From positions 2,728,001 to 2,792,000 of the forward strand of contig OX597815.1 in NCBI GenBank assembly GCA_951406725.2: a stretch of 64,000 nucleotides of DNA, in the 5' to 3' direction. The position numbers and the translations under genes are program-made. Positions 25,096 through 38,591 of this stretch are shown piece by piece. The DNA comes from Octopus vulgaris. Its lineage: Eukaryota. The notes beneath the pieces are model-generated. The model worked only from the letters and a program-made list of their open reading frames with translations, was not told the origin of the DNA and did not search any database. Position 1 is the stretch's first letter, and every line of letters starts with the position of its first letter.

Positions 25096-27674
25096 TATTA
25101 TTTTATCAACCCTGAAACGATGAAAGGCAAAGGTGGCATCAACATAATTTGAACTCAGAATGTAAAGACGGAAGAAATGCAGCTAAACATTTTGCCCAGC
25201 ACAGTAACAAATATTCACCATAAAAATCACATTTTCACTTAAAAATAAGAATCTTGCTAGAAATGAATAAAAAAAATCAAATATAATCCAAAAAATACAT
25301 CAGAAATATAGTTTGCTCTTTTTATTTTTTTCTATTTTATTTAAAAAATGATTCAGGACTTTCGTTATGCAATATGCGGTTACAAAGAAAAGCTTAATGT
25401 TAGTGTACCAAGGAAATGCTAACCCGTGATATTAGAACTTTCTTACAGAATTTTAACATTTAAATTTATCAGAATGAGTTTTAGTAACACAAACCACCGT
25501 TTCATCTCCTCAAATTCTCAAGTCTTAACTCGGCCATCAAATATTAACCACACCCACTGTTTCATGTTTTGTGTCTTATTGCTCAAATATCTACAAAAGT
25601 ACAGTGAATGTCTGAACACTTTTAGCATTCAGATTTCCTTTGTCAAATGTAAAGTTTATTTATTAAAATTGTTTTGAATTACTCATGCATTACCTCATAG
25701 CTTTGATATTTTGATGATATCATCATCATTTAATGTCTGTTTTCCATGCTAGCACGGGTTGGACAGTTCGACTGGGGTCTGAGAAGCCAGGTGGTTGCAC
25801 CAAGCTCCAGTCTGATCTGGCAGTGTTTCTACAGCTGGATGCCCTTCCTAACGCCAACCACTCTATGAGTGTAGTGGGTGCTTTTTACGTGCCACCAGCA
25901 CAGGTGTCAGGGGAGGTTGGCAGTGGCCACGATCGGTTGATGCTTTTTACGTGCCACCGGCACAGAAGCCAGTCAAGGCGGCGCTGGCATCGGCCACATT
26001 TGGATGGTGCTTCGGCACAGGTATCACAACTACAATTTCCATTTGATATTTATTTTGATGTTGATGTACTTGACTCAATAGGTCTCCACAAGCACAGCAG
26101 CTCACCCTACGATCCAAGGTAAGCACAGCAGGTTGTTCTGCAATCCAAGGTACTTTAGATGGGCTGGGGCTATGCGAAACTGGTGCAGGAAACAGCCATA
26201 TCATTGTTTATTTTTAGAATGGCAATGTAGTGTATGTGTGAGAAGCTGCATCAGGCCAGTTTGAACATAGAACAGGTAAAATATTTGGGCCAGATATAGC
26301 ATGTTTAAATACTGAAAAGTCAAGGCATGGGTTTGAGTATTGACCTCACTAATAAAAGGTTGTGGGGGTCAGTTTGTAGACCAAGTGATGTATTGAGTCC
26401 TTGAGCAAGCCACTTCATTTCATGTTGCTCCGGTTGAAAATGAATCCCTGTGTTGAGTGCTGGGGTGTGGTTCTTTCACTTCCTCCAGCTGCCAAATCCT
26501 CAATGTTCTACTGAGTCGATCATGGCAGTTGTTGAGGCTATCTCTTTATGCTCAAATAAAACAATTAGCCAAAGCATGGTACCCGGCCAGACTTAACATC
26601 TGGCAGCTGAATTGGTAGAAATCTTGCAATATTATCCATCATCTTTCCAACAACACCTTTGGCCATCATTGTCATCATTTAATGTCTATTTTCCATGCTG
26701 GCATGGGTTGGATGGTTTGACAGGAGCTGGCAAATCAAGGGGCTGCACCAAGCTCCAGTGTCTGTTTTGGCATGGCTTCTATGGCTAAATGCCCTTCCTA
26801 ATGCCAACCCCTTTACAGAGTGACCTTGGTGCTTTTTCTGGGGTTTTTTACATTGCTTCAGCACAGGTCCTTTTAACGTGGGACCATCACCAGCATTTCA
26901 AGATTGGTTGTTAAGCAGCTGGAGGGAACACAAACAAAGATACAAAGGCACGCGTATCAACACACACACACACACACACACACACGGACTTCTACATAGC
27001 ATGTCCACCAAATCCACTCTCATATGCATACACATATACATGCATACACTCACTCACATGAATGCATACACACAGGTACAGCACACATGCATGTCTGGAC
27101 AAACACACACACACACACACACAGAGGAATGCATTTATGTACTACAGACTTGAGAATTGTATGCTAAACATTGTGCACATGTGTGTGTGTGTGTGTGACA
27201 GACAGACAGACAGAGTGTGTGTATGTGTGATAGAGAATATGTGTGTGTATGATAAAGAGCAGGTATGTGTGTATGTGTATCCGAGAGAGAGAAAGAGTGT
27301 GTGTTAAATAAGAAAGAGAGAGCGAGAGAGAAGAGGAGAAGGGGGGGAGAAGAATTTAAGAAAGTTGGGAATCCAATGCTATGAATATTTAGTTTCATAT
27401 ATAAAAAAAAACTATTTCAAAACTGATTATGGCAGAATTTGAGATAATAATGATAGACTTTTGTAGACACACACGTATGTATACACACAAGCTATTTACA
27501 CTGACACACACACAACCATGCAAACAAACACAAAAATAATGTGGTAAGTAGCTTGCTTCCCAACCACATGGTTCCAGGTTCAGTCCCTCTGCATGGCACC
27601 TTGGGCAAGTGTCTTCTGCTTTAGACTCAGGCTGACCAAAGCCTTGTGAGTGGATTTGGTAGACAGGAACTGTC

Positions 27675-28055
27675 AGTGTGTGTGTGTGTGTGGTGTGGTG
27701 TGTGGTGTGTGTGTGTGTGTGGTGTGTGTGTGGTGTGTGTGTGTGGTGTGTGTGCGTATGGTGTGTGTGTGTGTGTGCGTGTGGTGTGTGTGTGTGCGTG
27801 TGGTGTGTGTGTGTGTGTGGTGTGTGTGTGTGGTGTGTGTGTGTGTGTGGTGTGTGTGTGTATGGTGTGGTGTGTGTGTGGTGTGTGCGTGTGCGTGTGG
27901 TGTGTGTGTGTGTGCGTGCGTGTGTGTGTGGTGGTGTGTGTGTGGTGGTGTGTGTGTGTTGGTGTGTGTGCGTGCATGCGCGTGTGGTGAGGTGGTGTGT
28001 GTGGTGGGTGTATTATGTGTGTGGTGGTATGGTGTCTGGTGTGTCGTGTGTGCAT
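27675..28055. repeat. (TG)n/TGG compound microsatellite inside a SINE A head-tail composite
   Basis: Directly visible; SINE head at 27538-27675. Confidence 0.95.
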
Positions 28056-28572
28056 GTGTACCCTAGTCCAGATGTCATGATGGTTGTAAATGAGCTTCAC
28101 CATCATAAAAGTGGGGTTGTTCATTTGCAGGCCTGTGTGGAAAAACATGCCTGGCTATGGGGAAATATTTACCTTGCCTGGAAACCAGTGAGGGCTGGAG
28201 GCACGAAGGGCATCTGGCTGAAGAAAATCTGCTTCAACAAATTCTGCCTGACCCATACAAGCATGGAAAAGTGGACATTAAATGATGACGCTGACAAAAA
28301 AAAAAATCTGTATATGTCTCTAAGAAGTTCTTAAGAGCAGGGTCTCTACCTCCAGATTCACAGCATTAAATCGTCTAGAGGTAATCAAATACAACATTAG
28401 ATAGAAGACAGGTATCTCATAGGTAAGATTTGCAAGACATCTGGTACATATGCCTAACAGTTGAACTCATGTTTCTCATTCAGGGTCCATGTGGCCCATG
28501 AGGGCCGACAGGAGATTTTGTGGTGAAAATTTACATACATTGAATAAGATATACTTTTACAATAGTAAAATA

Positions 28573-29000
28573 TAGGCGCAGGAGTGGCTGTGTGGTAAGT
28601 AGCTTGCTTACCAACCACATGGTTCCGGGTTCAGTCCCACTACGTGGCACCTTGGGCAAGTGTCTTCTACTATAGCCTCGGGCCGACCAAAGCCTTGTGA
28701 GTGGATTTGGTGGACGGAAAATGAAAGAAGTACATCGTATATATGTATATGTATGTTTGTATGTATATATATATATATGTGTGCATGATTGTGTGTCTGT
28801 GTTTGTCCCCCAGAATCGCTTGACAATCGATGCTGGTGTGTTTATGTCCCCATAACTTAGCAGTTCGGCAAAAGAGACTGATAGAATAAGTACCAGGCTT
28901 ACAAAGAATAAGTCCTGGAGCCAATTTGCTCAATTAAAGGCGGTGCTCCAGCATGGCCACAGTGAAATGACTGAAACAAGATAATAGAGTAAAAGAGTAA
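28573..29000 (+). mobile_element. SINE family A
   Basis: Full-length copy with AGAGTAAA tail. Confidence 0.9.
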
Positions 29001-29355
29001 AGAATAACAATATTTTATACAATTCATCATCATCGTTTAACGTCTGCTTTCCATGCTGGCATGGGTTGGATAGTTTGACAGGGGACTGGGAAGCCAGGGG
29101 GCTGCACCAGGCTCCAGTCTGATCTGGCAGAGATTCTACAGCTGGATGCCCTTCCTAATGCCAACCACTCCCAGAGTGTAGTGGGTGCTTACTGCGTGCC
29201 ACTGGCACTAATAGATTTAATCATAAAACTACTAAAGGATTTTTTTAAATGATGGAATGGTTATGAGGGTCCACCTGAGTAAAACAAGACTAAAACAGGT
29301 GCACAGAGAATGAAAATGGTTGAGAACCACTAAGCTAGACTTAAGTGAGGCAATC

Positions 29356-29748
29356 TCTCTCTATATATATAAAGCTGAAGTCTGTGTGTGTGTGGCAGGT
29401 TTGGTAGCCTTCAACTAACACTATCTCCTCCGAGACCCTACAGCACAAGTTGACCAAAATTGAGAGTATGATAGAAGAAGGCTTGCTCTTCCTTCCGTAG
29501 AAGAATTCAAATCGGACCATGTTAACACCAAAAATTATTTACTTCAAAAAGTTGCTTTTTTTTCTATGAAAGTCCCTATTTTTTACGATTTTTTGACTGC
29601 TGTGTCGCCATTTTTCAGTGTATTTCAACCAGAAAAATGTTCACTTAAAGAGAATAACAAGCTACATAATGCAAAATTTTTACTTTTCAAAAATTCCAAT
29701 TCTAAAGGGTCAAAACAAACCCAAGCAACGCCAGGCAATACTGCTAGC
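29356..29748 (+). mobile_element. Non-autonomous Helitron-like element, copy 1
   Basis: 5' TCTATATATATAAAGCTGAAG; 3' GC hairpin remnant CCCAAGCAACGCCAGG followed by CTAG. Homologous to the 33.8 and 39.2 kb copies. Confidence 0.7.
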
Positions 29749-30519
29749 GTAGAATAAAGTGATCTGCTCCAGAATATACTCTGAAATGTCTACACAATGG
29801 ATGAGCTCATGGGCCATCAGCTGGTGATCTGGTGTCCATTCAGTCCAGGTAGAATTAATCTCTTGCCAATATTTGACACCTTGGATGCATTAAGATGCAT
29901 TTGTAACTCTGGTTATAAGCATTTAGGTTAGATTTCTGGTTTAGGGATCTTCCCCCACTCCTAGTCTTGGAGGCTCTGTAAATGGTCATGGCATTGCATT
30001 CTTCCTTGCCAAAAACAGAAAAATATCTTGAAGAGGCAATGATATTTATACACCGGTAAATTCTATATCTCTCAGGGAGCTGACAGACACTGGTAAAAAT
30101 ATACTTTGCTGAAGAGTTCTAATAGTACTGAAACATGTCATGAGTTGTCTTGTTGCCATTCAGTTTTTTTTTTTTATTTCTTTTTGCCTTTTTCTCTCTT
30201 GTTCAGAATTTATTATCAAACCAGTCATTTTCTTTCTTTTGTTTCCAGATGTAAATTTAAGATTTTTTTGATTAATTACATTGAAAATGTTAACATTTCC
30301 CTATCCAAACATACAACCACATCACCACACATACAACCACACACACACACACATACCTACAACCACACACGCACGCATGCACATACAACATGTACGCACA
30401 ACCACACGCATGCACGCGCGCGCACACACTGCTCTCTTTCTCTCATTGGTTAAATATGATCCGTTCATGAAATAGAAATGTGAAATAATATATAATGGTA
30501 TTTAAGCATTGAATCTCTA

Positions 30520-30917
30520 TGAGAGAGAAAGACGGGGAAAGGTGGAAAGAGAGGGAGAGAGAAAGAAAGAAGTAGAGAGAGAGAAGGGAGAGAGAGAGAG
30601 AAAGATGGAAAGAAAGAAGTAGAGAGAGAGAAGAGAGAGAGAGAAAGATGGAAAGAGAGGGAGACAGAGAGAAAGAAAGAAATAGAGAGAGAGAAGGGAG
30701 AGAGAGAGAGAGAGAAAGATGGAAAGAGAGGGGGACAGAGAGAAGGGAGAGAGAGAGAGAGAGAGAAAGATGGAAAGAGAGGGGGACAGAGAGAAGGGAG
30801 AGAGAGAGAGAGAAAGATGGAAAGAGAGGGGGACAGAGAGAAAAAAAGAAGTAGAGAGAGAGAAGGGAGAGAGAGAGAGAAAGATGGAAAGAGAGGGGGA
30901 CAGAGAAAGAAAGAAGT

Positions 30918-30950
<33 letters not shown>

Positions 30951-30951
30951 G

Positions 30952-30988
<37 letters not shown>

Positions 30989-31065
30989 GAGAGAGAGAGA
31001 GAAAGATGGAAAGAGAGGGGGACAGAGAGAAAAAAAGAAGTAGAGAGAGGAGGGGAGAAAGAAAG
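30520..31065. repeat. GA-rich compound satellite
   Basis: Recurring AAAGATGGAAAGAGAGGGGGACAGAGAG block within (GA)n. Confidence 0.95.
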
Positions 31066-31522
31066 ATGATTTGTAGAAGTCAATATTGTTCATTTGAAAC
31101 TGAGGCGATTAAATTTATTTGGCAAGTTGTCATAAACGTAAACGCACACCCGACCCGCACCCGACCCGCACCCGGCAAAGTTTCTGGGCTGGTTTAAAGT
31201 TCAGCTAACACTTACCCATCCCAACATCAAAAAGCAGCTTCTATCGAAGCATAGAAATGTGGGCTGCAGACAAGTGCATACATCTCTTTTGTGTGGCATC
31301 CTGTTAGGTAATTAGAAACATGGTCTGTTAATCTGTAAACAAACAAGGACTGGTTCCACGCTTAGGATGCTGGAGCAAGATGAGAATGACAGACAGGATG
31401 TGATGTTCACAGCTTCAACAGAGTCGGTGTGTAATCCAAATACGAGATCAGATTAGATTTTAGACGCCGTTTCATTAACAAAATGGGACTGGATGTTGCG
31501 GTGCCGAGGGAAATATCTGACA

Positions 31523-32138
31523 AGGCAGCAAGCTGGCAGAGTCGTTAGCACGCCAGACAAAATACTTGGAACGTAAAGACAGACGAAATGTCACCGAGTT
31601 CAAATTCCACCGAGGTCAACTTTGCCTTTCAACGTTTCAGGGCCGATGAAATAAGTACCGTTTGAACACTAGGGTTAATGTAATCGACTAATGCCCTCCC
31701 GCTGAAGTTTCTGGCCTTGTGCCAAAATTTGAAACCATTATTCTTTTCTATTCTAGGTACAAGGCCCTAAATTTTTGGGGAGGGGACCAGTCGATTACAT
31801 CGATCCCAGTACGCAACTGGTACTTAATTTATCGATCCCGAAACGGTGAAAGGCAAAGTCGACCTCGGCGGAATTTGAACTCAGAACGTAACGGCAGACA
31901 AAATACCTGTTTCTTTACTACCCACAAGGGGCTAAACACTGAGGGGACAAACAAGGACAGACAAACGGATTAAGTCGATTGGATCGACCTCTGTACGCAA
32001 CTGGTACATAATTCATCGACCCCGAAAGGATGAAATGCAAAGTCGACCTCGGCGGAATTTGAACTCAGAACGTAACGGCAAACGAAATACCGCTAGGCAT
32101 TTCGCCCGGCATGCTAACGTTTCTGCCAGCTCGCCGCC
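31523..32138. mobile_element. SINE family B cluster (+ copy, then minus-strand dimer)
   Basis: Plus copy ~31523-31740; minus copies ~31745-32138 ending CTCGCCGCC. Confidence 0.85.
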
Positions 32139-32399
32139 TCTTTGAAGCCAATATCATCCTCATGTAATGCTGTAATAATGGTGGGTGGTATTAGCGAGGA
32201 ACTTTGTTAATTCTGGTTCGAACAGGGTTATTTTCTTTCTCTGCGACACCTTGTGTACTTTACCTGAAGAATACGGCTTTCAAAGAGTTTAAAAGAGCAG
32301 AGGGACCTCCTCCTCCCTTTAGCACTGTCTCTTCGCTTGTGTCGGTCGGTATATCACATCATAATTGAAACTATCACCGTTGTGGTGGCACCACTTAGG

Positions 32400-33015
32400 G
32401 GGGGGGAGGATGGGGGAGAGAGAGAGAGGATGGGGGAGAGAGAGAGAAGGGGGGAGAGAGAGGATGGGGAAGAGAGAGAGGATGGGGAAGAGAGAGAGGA
32501 TAAGGGGAAGAGAGGGTGGAGGAAGGGAAGAGAGAGGGGAGGGGAGAGGTGGGAGGGGAGAGGTGGGAGAAGGAGAGAGTGTGAGGAGAAAGGGAAGAGG
32601 GGAGAAAGAAGGGAAGAGAGAGGTGGAAGTGTGGAAAAAGGGAAGAGAGAGAGAGGGAAGGGTAGAGAAAGGGAAGAGAGAGAGAGGGGAAGGGTAGAGA
32701 AAGGGAAGAGAGAGAAAGGGAAGAGAGAGAAAGAGGGGAGGGTGGAGAAAGGGAAGAGAGAGAAAGAGGGGAGGGTGGAGAAAGGGAAGAGAGAAAGAGG
32801 GGAGGGTGGAGAAAGGGAAGAGAGAGAGAGAAAGGGAGGGTGGAGAAAGGGAAGAGAGAGGAAGATGGAGAAAGGGAAGAGAAAGAGGGGAGAGAGAGAA
32901 AGGGAAGAGAGAGAGGGGGAGATGGAGAAAGGGAAGAGAGAGACAGAGACAGAGAGAGGGAGAGAGAGACAGAGAGAGACAGACAGAGAGACATACAGAG
33001 AGAGAGAGTGAGAGA
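32400..33015. repeat. Polypurine low-complexity tract
   Basis: Recurring GGAGAAAGGGAAGAGAG motif. Confidence 0.95.
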
Positions 33016-33419
33016 GCGATATCAACAGCAGACGATAATTTGAGTGATTGGCAGACGACAGTTTAGTAAAGATGGAGACGTGAGGAACAGACATTAAGGG
33101 AGAAGAGAGAGAGACATTAATTAAGCGGCGACAATTTATAAACAAGAGACATTTTCTGGAGGGAAAAAAAAGCTGGACTGATGAACTCTAAAGGGACAAA
33201 AAGAATGGAGCCCCTGGAAGAGGTTAGTTATAAACACTTCTTAATTTTAGAATTGCAGCCAAAGACACAAGACATCGGAACTTCTAATGGCGTAAATATA
33301 CAGAAATGTATTCACCTTTCATCGAATCAGAAGTAAATAATTGCGGCTTGTTCAATAATTTGGACATATATTCGATGACAGAGCATCGTAGGTATTATGG
33401 TCATATTTATATCTCTCTC

Positions 33420-33626
33420 TTTTACTCTATTACTTGTTTCAGTCATTTGACTGCGGCCATGCTGGAGCACCGCCTTTAGTCGAGCAAATCGACTCCGGGA
33501 CTTATTCTTTGTAAGCCCAGTACTTATTCTATCGGTCTCTTTTGCCGAACCGCTAGGTTACGGGGACGTAAACACACCAGCATCGGTTGTCAAGCAATGC
33601 TAGGTGGACAAATACATACACACACA

Positions 33627-33668
<42 letters not shown>

Positions 33669-33820
33669 TACAACAGGCTTCTTTCAGTTTCCGTCTACCA
33701 AATCCACTCACAAGGCATTGGTCGGCCCGGGGCTATAGCAGAAGACACTTGTCGAAGATGCCACGCAGTGGGACTGAACCCGGAACCATGTGGTTGGTTA
33801 GCAAGTTACTTACCACACAT
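33420..33820 (-). mobile_element. SINE family A
   Basis: Reverse-complement copy; head truncated at the Helitron junction. Confidence 0.9.
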
Positions 33821-33821
33821 C

Positions 33822-34216
33822 TCTCTCTATACATAAAGCTGAAGTTGTCTGTGTATGGCAGGTTTGGTAGCCTTCAACAAACACTATCTCCTCCGAGACC
33901 CTGCGGCACAAGTTGACCAAAATTGAGAGTATGATAGAAGAAGGCTTGCTCTTCCTTCCGTAGAAGAAAAAATTCAAATCGGACCATGTTGACACCAAAA
34001 ATTATTTACATTAAAAAGGTGCTTTTTTTCTATGAAAATCCCTATTTTTTACGATTTTTTGACAGCTGTGTCGCCATTTTTCGGTGTATTTCAACCAGAA
34101 AAATGTTCACTTAAAGAGAATAACAAGCTACATAATGCAAACTGTTTACTTTTCAAAAATTCCAATTCTAAAGGGTCGAAAAACAAACCCGAGCAACGCC
34201 GGGCGATACTGCTAGT
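33822..34216 (+). mobile_element. Non-autonomous Helitron-like element, copy 2
   Basis: 5' TC start; 3' hairpin CCCGAGCAACGCCGGG then ...CTGCTAGT; no TSD seen. Confidence 0.75.
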
Positions 34217-34277
34217 AAACAGTTATATTTTAGAATAGAAAAAGAACAAATTGGCAGAAGAAAGTTCCAGAAAGCTC

Positions 34278-34580
34278 CCGACCAATGCCTTGTGAGTGGA
34301 TTTGGTAGACGGAAACTGAAAGAAACCCGTCGTATATATGTATATATATATATGTATGTGTGTTTGTGTGTCTGTGTTTGTCCCCCTAGCATTGCTTGAC
34401 AACCGATGCTGGTGCGTTTACGTCCCCGTCACTTAGCGGTTCGGCAAAAGAGACCGATCGAATAAATACTGGGCTTACAAAAGAATAAGTCCCGGGGTCG
34501 ATTTGCTCGATTTGCTCGATTAAAAGGCGGTGCTCCAGCATGGCCGCAGTCAAATGACTGAAACAAGTGAAAGAGAAAGA
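34278..34580 (+). mobile_element. SINE family A (5'-truncated)
   Basis: Body and tail with CpGs intact and a 10-bp internal duplication (GATTTGCTC-). Confidence 0.85.
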
Positions 34581-35267
34581 GAGAGAAACAAACCAGAAAG
34601 TTTTGCTTCCGTCTTTTTAATTGCTGGGAGATAATGGTGTTGATGGAATTTCAAAGTAGAAAGACGATAAGAAAGGATATTTCACCTGAATCCTGATTCG
34701 TTTCTGTCAAACCGTCAGCCACAACAATAATTTCTCCCTTTCTGACAGAAACATTAAAAACTGATTCTGGTTTTCTTCCACCCATTATTAATGTCCATTG
34801 CCTTTCATCCTTTCGGGGGTCGATAAAGTACCAGTTGCGTACTGGGGTCGATCTAATCGACTTCCCCCCCCCGCCTCTCCCCAAAATTTCGGGTCTTGTG
34901 CCTAGAGTAGAAAGAAATTATTAGTGTCCAAAGGCAGAATCGTTGGCGCGCTGGACTTGGTATCTCGCCGGTCGCTATGTTCTGAGTTCAAATTCCGCCG
35001 AGGTCGACTATGCCTTTCATCTTTTCTGGGATCGATAAATTATGTACCAGTGAAACACTGGGGTCGATGTAATCGACTAATGCCCACCACAAAAATTCAG
35101 GCCTTGCGCCTTTAAAAGGAAAGTTTATTAATGTCCAGCAGAAATCTAGTTTTGAAGAGTCTGAGCTTTAATAGAGTCCAGTAACCAAGGACCAGAAAGT
35201 AAACTGGCGCAATTCCCTCTGCTTCTGCTACTAATTAATTACCATATTAATGATTTTTTTTAACATA

Positions 35268-35658
35268 TAGGCGTAGGAGTGGCTGTGTGGTAGTGAGCTT
35301 GTTTACCAATCACATGGTTCCGGGTTCAGTTCCACTGCGTGGCACTTTGAGCAAGTGTCTTCTGCTATAGCTTCGGGTCGACCAAAGCCTTGTGAGTGGA
35401 TTTGGTAGACGGAAACTGAAAGAAGCCCGTCGTATATATGTACCTATATATATGTGTGTGCGTGTCTGTGTTTGTCCCCCGAACATCGCTTGACAACCGA
35501 TACCGGTGTGCTTACGTCCACGTAACTTAGCGGTTCGTCAAAAGAGACCGATAGAATAAATACTAGGCTTACAAAGAATAAGTCCTGGGGTCGATTTGCT
35601 CAACTAAAGGCGGTGCTCCAGCATGGCCACAGTCAAATGACTGAAACAAGTAAAAAAG
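35268..35658 (+). mobile_element. SINE family A
   Basis: Full-length copy. Confidence 0.9.
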
Positions 35659-35691
35659 TATATAAACGAATTTGTGAAGGTAAGTTTTAAA

Positions 35692-36073
35692 GGCATACCT
35701 ACACAAGTGTGCCCCACCGAATTTGTTTCATCATAATTTCCAGAAAAATGGATATTTTTTAATGAAATTTTCTACAAATATGTTTCAGATGGCGTAGATT
35801 ACAATTATATCGGAATTTAATATGAAAAATAAAATTCGGTGGACTTTTACACATACATAGTGGCACCACACGTCATGAAATTTCGAAAAACATTGTGATG
35901 TATGTCAGTATGTATATGTAGTGGCTCATCAAATTTTATATTAATCTCCGATATAAGCGCAATCTACACCATCTGAAGCGTATTTAAATTCCCTTTTAAG
36001 ATATCCATTTTTCCTGGAAGTCATGAGACAACAAAGTCGGTGGGGGGCGGCGGTACAGATGTGTAGGTATGCC
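35692..36073. mobile_element. Foldback/MITE with long imperfect inverted arms
   Basis: GGCATACCTACACA / TGTGTAGGTATGCC termini; inner arm blocks (AAAAATGGATAT / ATATCCATTTTT and TTCAGATGGCGTAGATT / AATCTACACCATCTGAA) are also inverted. Confidence 0.75.
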
Positions 36074-36251
36074 GGGTTACAGTCAATCAGATAGACCCTA
36101 ATATGATATTATACCGATGTTGGGAAGATAAGACCCCATTATGATTTGAGTTTAATGTAGTGAGACATAAAACTAAATAACAAACCATCTTAGAAAATTA
36201 CTATTTTTAAATCTCACAACGAGAGATAAGTCAGCAACAGTACTTTTGCAG

Positions 36252-36360
36252 TAAAGATTGTTTGCCAACATAATATGGAAGTCCTGGTTTAGGACGAATG
36301 TTGCTGTAATTTAGCCCCAGGAGACATCGTCTCCAGTTAGTTATGCGACATGATCTGTGT

Positions 36361-36421
<61 letters not shown>

Positions 36422-36589
36422 AGTGGATGTGTGGTAACTAGCTTGCTTACGAACCACATGGTTTCGGGTTCAGTCCCACTGCATGGCACCTTGGGCAAGT
36501 GTCTTCTACTATAGCCTTGGGTCGACCAAAGCCTTGTGAGTGGATTTGGTGGATGGAAACCTGAAAGAAGCCCGTCGTATATATGTATG

Positions 36590-36639
<50 letters not shown>

Positions 36640-36968
36640 TGTGTGTTTGAGTGTCTGTGTCTGTCCCACCAACATCGCTTAACAACCGATGCTGGTGTGT
36701 TTACGTCCCCGTGACTTAGCGGTTCGGCAAAAGAAACCGATAGAATAAGTACTAGGCTTACAAAGAATAAGTCCTGGGGTCGATTTGCTCGATCGACTAA
36801 AAGCGGTGCTTCAGCATGGCCACAGTCAAATGACTGAAGCAAGTAAAAGAGTATTAGGATACAGATCGTGTCGCATAGCCAGCTGGAGGCGATGTCTCCT
36901 GGGGTTAAATTACAGCAACATTCGTCCTAAACCAGGACTGCCATGTTTATGTTGGCAAACAGTCTTTA
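36252..36968. mobile_element. Palindromic MITE (~110-bp arms) with (TA)n and a SINE inserted at its centre
   Basis: 36252-36363 is the reverse complement of 36856-36968 (e.g. AGTCCTGGTTTAGGACGAATGTTGCTGTAATTTA / TAAATTACAGCAACATTCGTCCTAAACCAGGACT). Confidence 0.8.
36418..36850 (+). mobile_element. SINE family A nested in the palindromic MITE
   Basis: Full-length copy following (TA)n. Confidence 0.9.
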
Positions 36969-37214
36969 TCAGAACCTATTTTGTCCAGTACACTACCATC
37001 TCTGAAATGAGATTGTCTTCTAGTTTAAAAAATGTGGCAAGAATGATAAAAGTTTTTAGTAAGATAAAATATCATTTTGGGGAAAAAGTTGATAAAATCG
37101 ATTTCATTGGTACTTGATTTTATTTAGCCCCCGGCAGCATGAAAGAGAAAGTTGTAACTAGCGGGATTCGAGCCGGGAACAAAGGACCATCGACAGGATT
37201 TGAACTCAGATTGT

Positions 37215-37466
37215 AAAGAGCTGGAATTAAATACCTATTTCTTTATTACCCACAAGGGGCTAAACACAGAGGGGACAAACAAGGACAGACATAGGTATTA
37301 AGTCGATTACATCGACCCCAGAGTGTAACTGGTACTTAATTTATCGACCCCGAAAGGATGAAAGGCAAAGTCGACCTCAGCGGAATTTGAACTCACAACG
37401 TTGCGCCAGACGAAATACCGCTAAGCATTTCGCCCAGCACGCTAACGTTTCTGCCAGCTCGCCGCC
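37215..37466 (-). mobile_element. SINE family B
   Basis: Full reverse copy. Confidence 0.9.
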
Positions 37467-37581
37467 TACCACAAAGCATTTAATGATCCATCGCTGCTCT
37501 GTTCGATTTATCTGAGATGACCCGAGCAGGAATTGAACTCAGATTACAGAAGACACCTTGACCAACGAGGTAACAATTCTA

Positions 37582-37627
<46 letters not shown>

Positions 37628-38537
37628 GCACAAGCCAACGAAGGAGCCCTGTACGATTTGGCTCACTTTGCTAGAAATAGAAGTTAAATCTCCTCCAATT
37701 CTTTCGAAAAATAAAAATGATGTCGTCATTGGAAAGTATAGACAACTGAAGATGACGTTGCCTGAAAAAAATAAAAAACCGGGAGGGGATGGTCACGGCT
37801 GGAGTTCCTTTTGTCGTAAGTCTGCTCGATCAGTGTTGACCTGGGGTTAAATAGTAGTAAACTTGATACCCCTTCCTCCTACTCTTCCAATTAACCTCCA
37901 GAGGAGACGAAACGAAGTAGTAGGAGGAGGAAAGGTTAAGAAAGAGGTTGCAGTTAGATACACAATCTTTAAGGCTCACAAACATATCTTCAAGGTTCAC
38001 ATGAACCTGGCAGTAAGGAGGAGAGAGAGAGAGTGAGGGAGGGAGAGAGAGAGAGAGGGAGGAGAGTGTGAGTATATATATATGCGCACGTGTATAGATA
38101 GAGAGAGAGAACGTGTGTGTCTATATATCTATTTCTTTACTACCCACAAGGGGCTAAACACAGAGAGGACAAACAAGGACAGACAAACGGATTAAGTCGA
38201 TTATATCGACCTCAGTGCGTAACTGGTACTTATTTAATCGTCCCCGAAAGGCAAAGTCAACCTCGGCGGTATATCTGCGTAAATATGTATGTGTGCGTGC
38301 AGGAGCCTTCATGAATTCCTCGCCATATCGCGGTTCACCTATCGCGATTTATTATTTAAGCTAACGTCGATTCCTCCGTGATGCTGTTTTGCATTTATAA
38401 TAAAATGATTATGTATATATTAGCAGTATAACCTGGCCTTGACCGGGATTAAGTTACGATTATTAATCAAGTTCTTTATTTCAAACCAAACTAAGTAATA
38501 TAGACGTCAAACTTGGGCGAAATCCGTTGAAATTAGT

Positions 38538-38591
<54 letters not shown>

